Assembly: GCA_905331295.1 (NCBI GenBank)
Contig: CAJNYD010000369.1
Span: 1-64,000 of the forward strand
Direction: 5' to 3'
DNA length: 64,000 bases
DNA from: Rotaria socialis
Taxonomy: Eukaryota
Shown: positions 47,001 to 60,538 of the stretch, piece by piece
Layout of the letters: each line of letters begins with the position of its first letter
Numbering within the stretch: position 1 is the first letter of the stretch
Translations under genes and position numbers: made by a program
The notes under the pieces: generated by a model
Databases searched by the model: none
What the model was told of the DNA's origin: nothing
Seen by the model: the letters and a program-made list of their open reading frames with translations, nothing else

Positions 47001-47256
47001 AATTCTTCTACTCGATGAAGCAACATCAGCGTTGGACGTTCGTAGTGAAAAAGTTGTTCAAGAAGCGTTAGATGTTGCACGAAACGGTCGAACATGTTTG
47101 ACTATTGCACATCGTTTAGCAACAATAAGAAATTCAGACAAAATTGTTGTGGTTGATCGGGGAAGAATCAAAGAAAGTGGCACACACGATGAACTTATGG
47201 ATCAAAGAGGGATCTTCTATAAACTAAACATGGCGCAGGAACGGGATGACGAATAG
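41004..47256 (+). CDS. ABCB1: Full ABC transporter subfamily B (P-glycoprotein/MDR1-like), multi-exon
   Basis: Two TMDs and two NBDs: [61 protein letters not shown]; many about 50-nt GT-AG introns. The symbol is at family level. Confidence 0.92.
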
Positions 47257-47831
47257 TTAGCTCGTCTATTGTTGCCTCGTTTTTCTTTGCTTTCGTCCGG
47301 TGACCTGTGCATGATATGGTCGTCTATGTCCGATATATTTCAGTTTCTTTTTTGTTTTCTTTTAACTTTTCGTTCTATTTTAATTCTTATTTTCATGTAT
47401 GCAGAAAATTTGTTTCTTCAATTATTTCATATTACGTAAATACAGCAGTCTTTTAGAAAAATCAAAAATATTTTATTTATCGGTGTCATTGTGAATTTGT
47501 AGGAATATTTTATGTGAACATTTAGCAAACAAATAAAGAAATTTTTTCTTTCTCTTGTTATATTCAAGAAAACCAAAGGTGTGAACAATTAGATTTCGAC
47601 AAAATTTGCTCCATATCAATAAACTGTCCTCATTGACATATCGTTAGAAAGTATGATTCTATGTATTTAGTTAGTAATGTATTTATTCATTACATAGCTA
47701 TTGACGATATGAGTAATGGAAATAAATGCTTCCGTGCAACTTCGCAAAAATCCTCATCTAGAACAAAAACGCGTGTCTGCATAAAAAATGGTGCACGTAA
47801 AGCCACAAGCTTCAGTTTTTTTAGTTAACAG

Positions 47832-48822
47832 CTGGCCTCCGATTGCTACTTTTTTAAAATATAGGAATCCTTAGAGGATTTAGCTTGTTAAATATATAGG
47901 ATTTTCGATAAAAATGACCAAAATATAGGATGTTTTTATACGACGTTTCTGTTCTATTGTTGTGGTGTTTTTTAACTTCTCTGATTGAAAATCATTTTTA
48001 TGCAGCTGCTATGAACAGCTCAATCATCACCAAGATTCTTGTGTAACTTCTTTTTACTGAAATTAGTTGCTAATTCGAGAGTTATTATGAAGTTTAATTA
48101 TAAAACTTTCACAAATTAATAAATAACAATAACGTAGATCATAAGCTTCGAAAAATAAAATACATGAAAAAGACAAATACTATTTCTCATAATTAAAGGA
48201 GACGTTTCAGATTACAGACATGACTTCCCAAAAAATCTCAACCTAATTTTATTCTCCTGATAATCAACATTCGTCGCTTATTATTTTCTACAAGTTTATT
48301 TTGTACTTTATCATAACTCAATTTTTTTCTGGTAATAAATAAGTGTAAATGAAAATGCATATACACAGGATGGTGCAAAATTTCACGGGCTTTCAGAATG
48401 TCGTTAATTTTAAAAAAATGTTCTTTTAGTTACAATATCCTCAAAATACAGAGTGAAACTTATTTCCAGGGGTATATATATATATATACAGCTTTTATAT
48501 CTAACTAAAACTTCACTAAAAACCCGAAACTAGTACATGATCACTTTGTGAATGTTTTTTTCTTTTGAACTATTCTGTATTTTGTATTAAACAATGTCTC
48601 AGTCAGTCCACTAAATAGGCGAAAGGAAAAATACCGTTTGAAACAAATGTCACTATAATACAAGAATTTGTCCAAAACACATGATTATACACATTAAAAG
48701 TTTTTTTTTCGTCTAAAGACAATACCAAAATTAAGAGGTTTTCGGAAATTTTCTACTTTCTTCGATAAAATATAGCACATAAATAGGACTTTTTTGAAAA
48801 TATAGGTCGAATCGCAGCCCAA
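47832..48822. mobile_element. hAT-like non-autonomous element with 8-bp TSD
   Basis: TSD gttaacag at 47824-47831 and 48823-48830; imperfect TIR ctggcctccgatt / aatcgcagcccaa; subterminal aaatatagg repeats at both ends. Confidence 0.7.
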
Positions 48823-49299
48823 GTTAACAGTCGTTCCGATGATATACGGAAAAAGATCCTTGTAAAATATTTCTCATCATATGCTAAACTTCAATCTATT
48901 TAATTTAGTGATAAGAACGATTCCGATTAGAAGTTATTATTTTTTGTTGTTCAGTCTGGACTATATATTCATTACATGGTCAAAAACAAATATGCCACAC
49001 ATAACACATTACGTCGACGACAATTTTGTTTCATTCATCTCATTTCATTAATGTGTTAAATAACAAAAACAAAAAGAAATGCACGAGTACCTGTCAAGGT
49101 TCAATAGACAACATCAAGAGACAAAAAAAAGAGGCCGATTAGAATAAACATGCACAAAAAAAGAGATAACTATTTATGGTTTCTTCTTTGAATAATAAAC
49201 ACATACACATATTAGGCAAAACAAAAAAAAACACAAAGAAGCGACAACCAACTTCTTTGAATTAGTTTCATATTTTATTTATAAAGCAATTTTTTTTGT

Positions 49300-50727
49300 T
49301 TAATTATCGGCGGGTGATCTTGAACGACTTCCACGACGAACAGCACTGCCACCAGCAGCACCATTTCGTTTGCCATAACTTGGTGAACCTGATTTTGAAC
49401 GTGAACGGCTAGCTGGGCTATATAAAAATGATGTCATTAAATATACTAATAAATAAAATTATTATTTTATATCGTCTCAGAGATCTTAGTGGATAGTCAA
49501 TTCGTCATACAATAGTCGAGAGTAGCAACTATGATCTTCATCACCGACGATTTCGTTTTTTTATAAAGTCAATGTGAAACTCTTAATTTACCGTCGAGCA
49601 ACAGGTGAACGCGAATACGGTGAACGAGATCGACTACCAGCTCCAGCACCGGCACCACCACCGCCACGACGACGGTCTCTAGCTACTGGTGAACCACTTC
49701 GTTGGCGACGGTCACGGCTAAAATATCATTTGATCAAAAATACCCAATTTAATAAAAAAAAAAAATTTTTACCTTCGTGATCGATCACGTCGGCCAAAGT
49801 TACCGCCGCCACCGCCTCCTCCGCCACCACCACCACGTCCGTAACGTGCTTCTTTTTCTCGTGATCTCATCTCGGACGGTGCTAAAAAATGTTGCACATT
49901 TCGTATTATAATTTGGGCTTTTCGTTAAATTTAAAATCTTACTTTTACGATCGCCTCTTGCAAACTCAACTTCTATTTCTCGACCGAGTAATCGATAACG
50001 ATCAAGAGCATGAAGTGCTTCTTCTACAACAAAAGAATTTGCCCTTAAAATTGTTTATAACATACTATTTGCACTTACCAGCATCACGACTTTCTTCATA
50101 TTCAACAAAACCATATCCTAATAAAAAATTTATTCGATGTATAAACCTACGCCCTACAATAAGGCTCATATACCTTTAGCATCTCGTGTATAATAATCCA
50201 CAGGAAGTGTTATATCAACAATACGTCCATATCGAGTAAAAAGTTTCTTCAAATCTTCATAACTAAATAAATGATTCATCATGATTACACAGAATTCAAT
50301 ATATATATCCGTTTGTTTTTCTTATTTGCATGGATGTCTCTTTCTCAAAAAAAACAAAATCAAACCGAAATGCATACGTCTATTGTTTTTGCTGCTGCTG
50401 ATGTGTTATTTGTCTGAGACTGTCTTTTTGTATTTGCATGGGAATAATAAAGAAAATTCTGTTTGGCTTGACTTTGCTTGATTATTATTGAGTTAAAGGA
50501 ATGGGAGTGTGTCTGTGATTTCTTTTGTTGGATCACGTTTGAAACACACCTTAGTAAAAAGAAAAGATCAATATGATCGATCGGGAAATAGAGATGAACT
50601 TGTTTGAAAATGTGATTTCTCATTATACACATAGGGTCGATTTTTAAATTCCTACTTACCGAGTTTTTTCCGACAGTCCACGAACATAAAGTGAAGCACT
50701 AAGATTACGGGAATGACGACTCGACAT
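49300..50727 (-). CDS. SRSF10: Serine/arginine-rich splicing factor, SRSF10/12 type (RRM plus RS domain), multi-exon
   Basis: SLYVRGL..TR|YEDLKKLFTRYGRIVDITLPVDYYTRDAKG|YGFVEYEESRDA|EEALHALDR...EIEVEFARGDRK|TPSEMRSRE followed by a G/RS-rich tail; the DYYTR and GDRKTP motifs are characteristic of SRSF10/12. Confidence 0.88.
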
Positions 50728-51113
50728 ATTTGGGCTACCGACTTAATTAGAATAGAAATGACGATGTTCAACAAACGAAATTAAATGAAGAGAAAGAAAG
50801 AAAGAAAGAAAGAAAGAATATGGTTTTCTTTAATGTCTAGCCTCTAAGTGCATTCATGCTTTATGTTTTAACTTGATTTTCATTGGTTTAATTTTAAACT
50901 CTAGAATCTATGTTCTTTGTGTGCATAGACCGAATTGCCGGTATTTGTCCTTTATTTTCGTTGTAAGAATTCTTACACAAGATTCATTATTTGAAAACAA
51001 GAAGACATCTGTTTTTTTTTCTAGTCATAAAAATTTAAATTGCTAATACACACAGGGTTATTCGTTCTTTTTTTGCAGATTCTTTTTGAACAATTTGAAC
51101 ATTTTCTATCAAT
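50728..51113. promoter_or_regulatory. Compact divergent (bidirectional) promoter/5'UTR region with a (GAAA)n microsatellite
   Basis: The SRSF10 ATG (50727, minus) and stathmin ATG (51114, plus) are under 400 bp apart; gaaa repeats at about 50792-50817. Confidence 0.5.
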
Positions 51114-51936
51114 ATGGAAAGTATGTATGATTTTTATAATCAATGAAGGCAAACAAAAATTTGATATTGATCGATCTTCTGTCCTATTCTTTAGCTCCAA
51201 AACGAAACGCACCAATAGCTACTGCAACATCAGCAACTCTAACTGAATCATCTGGTGGTCTTGCCTTTGAAGTGAAACTTGCTGAATCACCACGACATGT
51301 TGGAGCCATGCATCCACCATCACATTTTCTTTCACCAAGCGCAAAAGCAAATCAAAATGAAATGTCAATACCATTAACACCAGAGAGTATCACTGAAAAA
51401 TTGAAACGTGCCGAAGAACGTCGTCTTAGTTTAGAACAACTTCGTTCAACATTGCTTGCGGCAGAAAATAGCCGACCTATTGAAGTTAGTAAAATAAAAG
51501 ATCAACAAGCTGAAGGTAAAAGCTTTTATTCTATTGGATTGTATGCATTCAAATTTATAATTAGAATTTAAAAAGCAAACGGAAGAAAAATTACAAAAGA
51601 AACTTGAATCAGCAAAAGAAAATCGCGACCGTGTCCTACAAGCTAAAGTTGAAAAGGCCAAAGCACCTATTGAAAAAGGTCGTGCTAGTGTTCATCAAAA
51701 GTTAGCTAAACTTGAAGAAGAACGGCAATTGTTACAAGAAAGAATTAATCAAAAATTAAATACGGCGGAAACAAGTAAACAGAATTAACGATTTTTTTTA
51801 TATTTAATTTAATTTTTATGTTTTGAAAGATCGACAAGAACAATTAGATCGTTTAATGGAAAAGCTCAATGAACATGATAAAAAAATTGAAGCTATTAAA
51901 AGTCAAACTAAAAGCGAATCAATTGCAACTGAATAA
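51114..51936 (+). CDS. STMN: Stathmin-family microtubule regulator, 4 coding exons
   Basis: ME|TPKRN...SSGGLAFEVKL..SP...TPESITEKLKRAEERRLS..EEKLQKKLESAKENR; matches stathmin SGQAFELIL / IQKKLEAAEERR; introns keep frame. Confidence 0.85.
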
Positions 51937-52284
51937 ATCAATATAAACTTTGCAATGCGAATAATATTTTTTTTCTGTCTTAAATACGAAAGTTTCTTAT
52001 TCTTGCTAATTCTGTGAATCTATTTTTTTTTCTCTATCTCTTGTTCGCAAATTCATAATGATTGATATTTTCTAATCTTAAACATGCAATGTATTATGTC
52101 TGATATATATATACATATCTATACGTATTCTATTTTCTGCAATAAATACTTTTCTTTATATGATTGTTGGTATAAAAATGTATACGAATAGATTGCCTTA
52201 GAACTATGATGTATATTTAAATAGCAACGGGAAGAATCTTTTTTTAGATACGAATGAAATTGTTTCTCTAGAAAAATACAATTA

Positions 52285-55200
52285 ATGTCAGACTTAATTG
52301 GTGAAAAGAATGCAATGTAAGATACGTTCTGCTGTCTTTTTCTTTTATTAAATGTTTCTTATCCCTATTTCAGTTTGTCTCTTTCCAAAGACGGTAATCC
52401 ATTATTAGATGACTTTGACTTAACGCCATCATCGATTGACGATAATCTATTCGATATTCCAGTATTAACATCTCTTCCTAGCCTCGAAAGTATACTTTAT
52501 GAAGCAGATCCAGCACTCGATAGTATATCTCTAACATCATCTTTACAAAATCAAAATTTCCAACAAGACAATGAAAATTCTCCAAATAATCTAACTAATA
52601 TTAATTCATCTGAACTATCATCAATATCATTTGATTCTTCGCTTGAAACAAATAATAGACCACTCGATAATTATATACTTAAAATTCATCATCAACAACA
52701 AGATGCCATTAGTACAGATGAATCATTTGTTGAAGTTCATAAACATACGCAAATCAATCATGGTTCATTATTGAAAATTCAAGAATTAGAAACAGTTTCA
52801 AATCAAATATCACTTTGTATTGAACGTACAAATTATGGTCATCCGACAACAATTGATGTTCTTCTACATCGAATGATTGCTATTGGTACAACAAAAAGTG
52901 TTGTACTACTATTCGAACATCAAACACAAACATTGAAGCATTGCTTAAATAGTGATTTAACAAATGGCGCCGTATCAGCATTAAATTTTAATAGCGACGG
53001 AACACGTTTATTAGTTGGTTATGCACGTGGACGTATACAAATGTATGATTGTTCAAATGGAAAACTTCTACGCAACATTAGTAATGATATTCATGGACCG
53101 GACACAGCTATATTAAATATTAAATTTACGCATGATCCTACCGTTGCTGTATTTAGTGATAGTGGTGGAAGTGTATATGTATTACAATTTACACGTCATT
53201 TAAAACGTGGTTATCAATCGAAATGTTTGTTTTCTGGTAGTCGCGGAGAAGTATGCACACTTGAACCTCTATTATTCTATCAACAGCATGGATCTTTAAC
53301 AACAGATACCAATGAAAAATTAGAACAACATCCGTTAAAGTCAATGTATATAATTGCATTAGCTACATTTACCAAAATTTTTCTATTAGCATTAAAATCA
53401 CAAAATAATGTTAAAATTTTACGTGTACAACATCTAGTCGGTAGTAATACAACATTACCAATACTTAAATGGCAATTTATTATTGTTAAAGTTAGTGATA
53501 ATGTTAGTTGTATCAATCCGATTCTTGCTGCAGTGAGGGATAGACAATGTACATTCATTCAAGTATGAAATCTTTTGTTTTCTTACTAAATAAAAGAAAA
53601 AAGAAAAACTTGCTTATGTATTTTATTAATAGATACAACATGTAAGAGATGACGAACTACATCTAACACAATTGAAACAGATTACAGTTGATTATCATAT
53701 TAAATCATTTTGTTGGTTGAATGCAAGAACATTTGTACTATTCGATATGTCTGAGCGTGCACATGTTATGTAAGAATTTTTCAATAGAAATCGATTGACT
53801 TATGCTATGAATATATATGACAATTTCAGAGAATTTCTTCTCTCGGCCAGAGTTTATCAGTAAAAGAAAAACAATATTACCGAAAACAAAAGGACAAGAT
53901 TTGATTTTAGAAAATTATTATTTAAACATACCAAGATTGAGTGTTTTATTGTAGATTTTTAGCCTATTTCAATTGTATTATTGGATATTTCTTTTTTTTC
54001 TCGTTAGTGATCAACGTTCTGAAGAACAATTAGAATGTTTATCTTTATCACATTGTGAACTTATTTATAATACAATCTTCTTTAAATCATTAGCCACTGG
54101 TGGTAATGTTTCTTCTGCATTAGCATTAGCGGGACAAAATGCTTGTTATCAAACATTAATTTCGAGTCAAGGCTGCATTTTTTTACTTGGCACTCATGCA
54201 GTTTATGAAATTCATTTACGCGATTGGTCTGAACGTTTGGATTTTTTTATTGAAAATGGTAAAAATCAATACGAACAAGCTTTAGAACTTGCCTATTTAA
54301 TGTTACTTGGCAAAGCTAAAGGATTAACTGGTAAGTTTACTCGTTTTTTCGTTAATAAAGTAGGATGAAAAGATTATTTTTCTCGTAACAAAAAAAAAGG
54401 TTTGCCAATTGATCCAGTGAAACGTCGTCAATGTATATCTGAACGGATGGTTTCATTACTTCAAGCTTATTTAAAATATTCTCTTAATTATGAATGTCCA
54501 CAGTCAGGTACTATCGATCTACTTAAACAACATTACAGAAATGTTCTACCACGTTCGATTGATTATTGTCTATTGATTGATCGTTTGGATTTATTATTTG
54601 GTCTTATCTATGAAATCTTCTCAAAAGATTCTATAGCACATGGAATATATTTACAATGTTTAGAACCGTATATATTAAAAAATCGTTTTGATACAATGTC
54701 GCCTATGGTTTTAAATGATTTTATTAATTATTATGTTGAAAATAATCATTTAAATCAATTGGAACATTGTTTAAATCGTCTTGACGTATCATCTCTTGAT
54801 ATTGATCAAATTATACAAATAACAAGAAAACACAATCTTTATATGACATTATTACGTATCTATAGTGAAGCATTCAAAGATTTTACAGCAATTTTAAAAG
54901 AAATTATTGAGAAACTTGAATATGATATCGCAGAAAATAATGGTAAATTCAAAATACATAAATTAATAATTTTGTAGATGGACTTCAGCGTATAGTTAGA
55001 ATAAAAATTACACTTGTTAGATCTCATGTCTAGATTTTCCTTCTCCGTACTAAACATTGGACAAATCGTATTGCGTTATTTCTACTGTCTGGCTGTGTTC
55101 CAGCCGAGTTTTGCAATTTTTTTCAAAACAAATTACAGATAGTCGTTTAAAGCTAACTTAGAACGAACATCTTAATATTCATTTGGAAAGAACGAGAAAG

Positions 55201-58200
55201 TTTTTTATTACTTGTATTTGAGCATTCACCAAATTAAACACACATTATTTATACTAATACTGAGCACTATACCCTAAAAATTAGTAATGAGAATGTTTTT
55301 GATATCAAGTCGTCGTCTTTTCCTCTAGTTCTAAAGATTCGAGTTTGATTTTACGCTTTCCTTATTTTATCGTGATGCACTTCAACATATTTTTTAAATC
55401 TTTAGGGACGTGTTATAGTGCAAAAATGACTTTAATTGGTAATCAAGCGCTTGTTTTTATACAAACAACTTTAGTTGGTGAAATCTATCCATTTGGTGGC
55501 CGTCTTTCGTCTGATTTAGCTCAATTTGGACGTAATGAAATCGTTGATTTTCTATCGTTTTTACACCCACGGCGTACTGGCGGTTTGCTTTATTCTAATC
55601 TGCGAGCATTACTTCACTTTAATACGCGAGATTTTTTCAACTTATTAACAATGGCTTTCGATAATGAGGAATTTTTAAATGATGTTGATACAATAAAAAG
55701 ACGAGCATTTTGTGATATATTACTTCGTGTTATGGTAGACGATGTACAATTTTCGTCGCATCAAATCAGCATTTTATTTAATTTTCTATCAAGACAATTA
55801 GCAAAAACTGGACAACAACATATATTTGTTCAAGGAATGCTTTTCGAACAGGTAAGAAACTAGAGAGTGACCAAAGGAATTATTTGATTTTTTTCTCATC
55901 GTACTTTGACATTTTTGCCTGTCTTATTCCAATAGTGATTGTGAATTAAGAGTTAAAAGTGATAATTTTGAAGAATTAGTTTCATTATGTAGATTATCTT
56001 CGAAACCTCGACACCGATTAGGACCTAGATATAGAATACATATTTCTTCTTGTTGATTGTTCAAGTACTGATTCGTGTCTTTCACATGTTGATAAGTTAA
56101 TGTACTAAATCTATCGGATGATAATGAATAATTAAACTCATTTGTGTTTTCAAATTGTTTTTCATAAAATATTTCATTCGAATTTGGTAAATAAACATGT
56201 TGTAGATATTGATCTGTAGTGAATTTATTGATTTCGATATTGTCATTATCTATTTAAATAATAAAACTTTTGAAAATATTTTTCGCAAACATTTACTTTT
56301 AGGTTGATCGCTAGTTAACGTTGTATATATTGGAAATTTTGATATTGTTCTTCCATTGTATTCGTTGACTTCCTCACTGATTAATTGCTTTGACGATGGA
56401 TGACTATCATCATTTTCGATAGTGTGAATTGAACTATTCCAAATAGAAGGACTTAGTTGAGACGATGCAATTGATTCTGATTTTATGTCATGATTAGATT
56501 GAACTGAGCAAGAACAAAAGAAGAAAAATATTAACATTTTAGTTTGAAGAATGAAAACAAACATTGAGGCATTGTTTGGAGAAATTCATGTTGACCTTGT
56601 TCATCTAAATATAATTATTTTAAAATATCTAACATCATAGTTTTCTATTACTCGTTATTGCTAATATCAATTTCGGTTGATTACCGATGGATTGTTTATT
56701 ATTAAGAATAATTAAATATTGTTCTTGTTTTGTTTCATTTAATGTTTCAAATATTTTCATTGGAGAATTCGTTTCTTTATTTGATGGATCAAGACTAAAG
56801 AAAACGTTATTTTTAGTATCTAATTTCTCTCGAAAGATCTCTTTGAATTGTTGATTTTCAATTGATTCAGATTGATTTATTGAAGTTTCTACATCAGATG
56901 AAAACACATTTGTTGCTGTACGTTGCCATATTGGGCTAAGAAGATTATTTTTACTAAATGCTATCACAGTCGGTACGGTCCGAATATGATAATATTCTGC
57001 TAGCTGTAACGCTTGTTCAACGTCGGCTTCATATAAAAAAACGCGATTTTTATTTGCGCGTGCCCATTGACGAAGACCATACATTGCACGTTTTGAATAC
57101 GGACAATAAGGAGCATAGAAAAAAACAATTGAAATAGGCTTTTTGTTTTGTTCAACGAATGCTTGTAGATCATTGAATGTTTTTATAGAATGAATATTAT
57201 CTGAAGAAGAAATATTATCGATGACGTGGTGATCAATTTCAAGGCGTGAAGATGTAATAGACGGTGGTGATGTTGTTCGAGGTTCTAAAGTATTTTCATC
57301 AACAGGAATTTGAATTGATGGTTGTTGTTGCTGTTGAAGAGATTTGTCAACTTTAGAGAACAATTGAATTTGATCAGTGGTTGCTTGAAATTTTGAATCA
57401 GATTGTTCATCGATTGTTTTTATTGTTACTTTTTTCTTGTCTTTCTATAACATACAAGTAAATATATCGGTTTTTATTTTTGTTCATTTTATTATTTACT
57501 GAAGTTCTCTGTTTTTTTGCTTTGTTTTTCTTGGTTTTTTTCGTACCATTATCATTGTTCGTTGATTTCTTATTTTCTTTTCGACAACAGCCCATAGAAT
57601 TCTTTTTCGAAAGGTTACATATCACTTTCAAATAACAATAACGCTCGCATTCCAGCTAATCACAGGGAATAAAAATATGAACTCAAAAAAATAATTTAAA
57701 TAAATTTAAAGCGCGTATTGATGTCTATTTCTTCGTGAAACTTAAATCGAGATGGAACTTGAAAGTATCGAAGTAGAAATCTGAATATCCGCTCAAACAG
57801 TCAGAAATGAGATTGATGAATGCGTAGTAACCGACGTTAATAAAATACGATAGCAAATCGTATAACAATCATGGGCTCGTTTAGTTAAGGCCTATTTTAT
57901 TTTTCTAGGTTCTTGAGTATCTATGCAAATCGGTTGTAACATCTATGAATGATAGTATTGATAGTAAAGATGAACGTGAACAAGCACTAATTGATGTTAT
58001 TCAAGCAGCTGGTTTGCAAGAATTTGATCTTATTCGTTTACTTACGCTTGCAAGACAAGCACAATTTTGGCGTGTTTGCGAAATAATTTATGCTGAAAAA
58101 AATGAGTATGATCTAATCCTGGAATGTTATTTAAATGATGGACATCGAAGATTGGAATTGTTTCGCTATATAAGAACATTATGGCCAGCACTGGATGAAC

Positions 58201-59955
58201 GGGAACGGAGTAAAGTTCATAGCAAAATAATGGATAATTTTCTTACCATAATTGAAACAGATTCATTTAAAGCTTTTAAATTATTTTGTATATTTTTTCA
58301 AATGGATTTAGGAAAAGTATTGAAATTGATTGGAAAGAACGAAAAAGCAGAATATGGAATTTTAAAAGTAAGCAAATTTTAAACCTTTACATAAACTATT
58401 TTTCAATGCACCAAATAGGAAATGTTTTAAAAAGACATTATGACATACGTTTTTTTCAAGTATAAACTTGTCAAGATCAACAGTAGTAGTAACAAAACAA
58501 AGCTTTTCAAAATTAATGGAAGTTATTTCGAGTGCAAAAATTGAATTCGAGTTGCTTCTATGCCATAAGAATACATCAAGAAGTATTTGAGTAATATTAT
58601 GTTTCAAGTCATCATAAGAAATTCATTGAAATTCCCTCCCTCTATACAATTGTTGCGAAATCATTGAAAAGAAAAATTTATATTTTTAGAGTTGCTTTGC
58701 TTATACTGACGATACAAAATCTTCGTCTTCCTCTTCGTCATCTCCGCCAGCAGTTATTCATATCGACCCATCACATTATTTACATTATATTGATTTACTT
58801 GCACAAAATGATCCATCACAATTGTTGTTATTTCTAAAAAGTAAATCTGAAAATTATCGTGAACAAGACGTTCTTGGTATAATAAGAAAATATCAATCTC
58901 CTTTATTAATACCATCCATTGCTTATTTACTGGAACGACTTGGTCAATATGCCGAAACGTTTGATCTTCTATTGGAATCCATGCATGAATGGACAACAAT
59001 CGATCAGTTATATCAAATGGCATTAGATTGTGTACATTTTTGTCAACGTACAACTATTAAATTGAAAGATAAAAAAGAACGCGAAGATTTATGGTTAAAA
59101 TTTCTTCAGAAAATTTTAGAACTATCATCACATTCATTTGATGGTGAACAATCAGGTGCATTTCGTCGTATCTACGGTGAAATATTAAATAGTATGATTG
59201 GTTATGTTACATTACCATCGATACTTGAACTAATTATGGGCACAGATGTTGTTGATATAACAAAAGGTACTCGCAAACGCTCGGATACAAATATTCGTAG
59301 TACATTCGAAGTTCGTCAGTTAATTCAATCGATGTTGGAAAATTGTTCGTTTGAATTACGCCTACTTGAAACAACACGACGTTTATTACAACGCGATTTA
59401 AATGATGATATTCACCAAATGTGTACAATTATGAATCGTAGTGTACCCATACGTTTAAATCAATGCACATATTGTCAAAAAATACTCAATCAACAACAAC
59501 AACAAGACATTGATAAAAAACAGGAACAAAAGAATAAATTTATCATATTTGCATGTCGACATGTTTTTCATCTGAGCTGTTTAATGGAAATTCAAACAGA
59601 ACAATCAAATAATAATTTTTGTCCACAATGTACTACAACGAGACAATCAACAACAACAACCACCACCACCACCACCACAGCAGCAGCAACTACAAGAGCA
59701 GCACCGATTATACGCCCAGAAGTAAGACGATTAACATCAATGCATTCGGATCAAAATGAAAAACAAATTACTCTAAATAATATTCAACAACAAGTTGTCA
59801 CGGCTATGCTTGAAAGAAAACGCTTAAATGCTCATCATTTAAATATAGATGATAATGATGAGAGGATTCAAACGTCTATTAGTAAACCATTTTCATCATC
59901 AACATCCTTACAATTATCGGATAGATGGCGAGATTATCTTTCATCATCTGAGTAA
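52285..59955 (+). CDS. VPS8: Vacuolar protein sorting 8 (CORVET subunit), multi-exon
   Basis: WD40 region (IAIGT, VSALNFNSDGTRLLVGYARG, FSDSGGSV, LFSGSRGEV), FKSLATGGNVSSALA, CLEPYIL, SSLDIDQ, C-terminal RING-H2 (CTYC...CRHVFHLSC...CPQC). Confidence 0.92.
56250..57595 (-). CDS. Thioredoxin-domain protein with MGCC N-terminus, nested antisense in a VPS8 intron; exons 57595-57500, 57444-56652, 56604-56563, 56503-56250
   Basis: IVFFYAPYCPYSKR...FLYEADVE...LAEYYHIRTVPT (Trx fold, CxxS, cis-Pro); three short GT-AG introns keep frame; lies within VPS8 intron 55852-57909. Confidence 0.8.
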
Positions 59956-60538
59956 TTAGCTAACATGCCCTACTAGTCGGTATATTCTGTTGACTAGTAA
60001 ATGATTCTGACTTTTTTTAATAGCAAAAATAAAATTCTTAGTTCATTGCCTTTTTCAGCCACCTTGAATATTCTGCATTTAATTATGTCATTTTCTTTTT
60101 CATGATCAGTCTTTCACTTTAAATTCGTGCGACTATTAATTTCAATTGTAAATTTCTTTGATTTTTCTTTTTTTTTTAAACTGTAATTAATTTGTTCGAA
60201 TAAATTGATTATTCTGTTGCAATTTTTTCTTGTTAATTAATTCTTTTTTTTTTGTTGCGTTTTCAAACATGTATACAGAGAGGACAAACAAATAGAAGCA
60301 CAATATACAGATCGCAGCAAGGAAACAAGATGCTGGAAGATAGAAAAATTGTCTTTTTTCTTCTCTCTTTGTTTTTTTTTTGTATTAAATGAAGGGAGAA
60401 AAAGGAAACTTGATCGTTTTATGAAAATATATAGACTATAACATAAATGGAATGCGAGCAAGATAATACCCTTTCAAAAACTGAATAAATGCACGAGGTC
60501 ACCCTGGTGGCACAAAATAATAAATAGGCATTTTATAT

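Noticed and set aside
59640..59700. Poly-Thr/Ala and nearby poly-Gln tracts in the VPS8 C-terminus
   Set aside because: Ordinary coding microsatellites in low-complexity regions.
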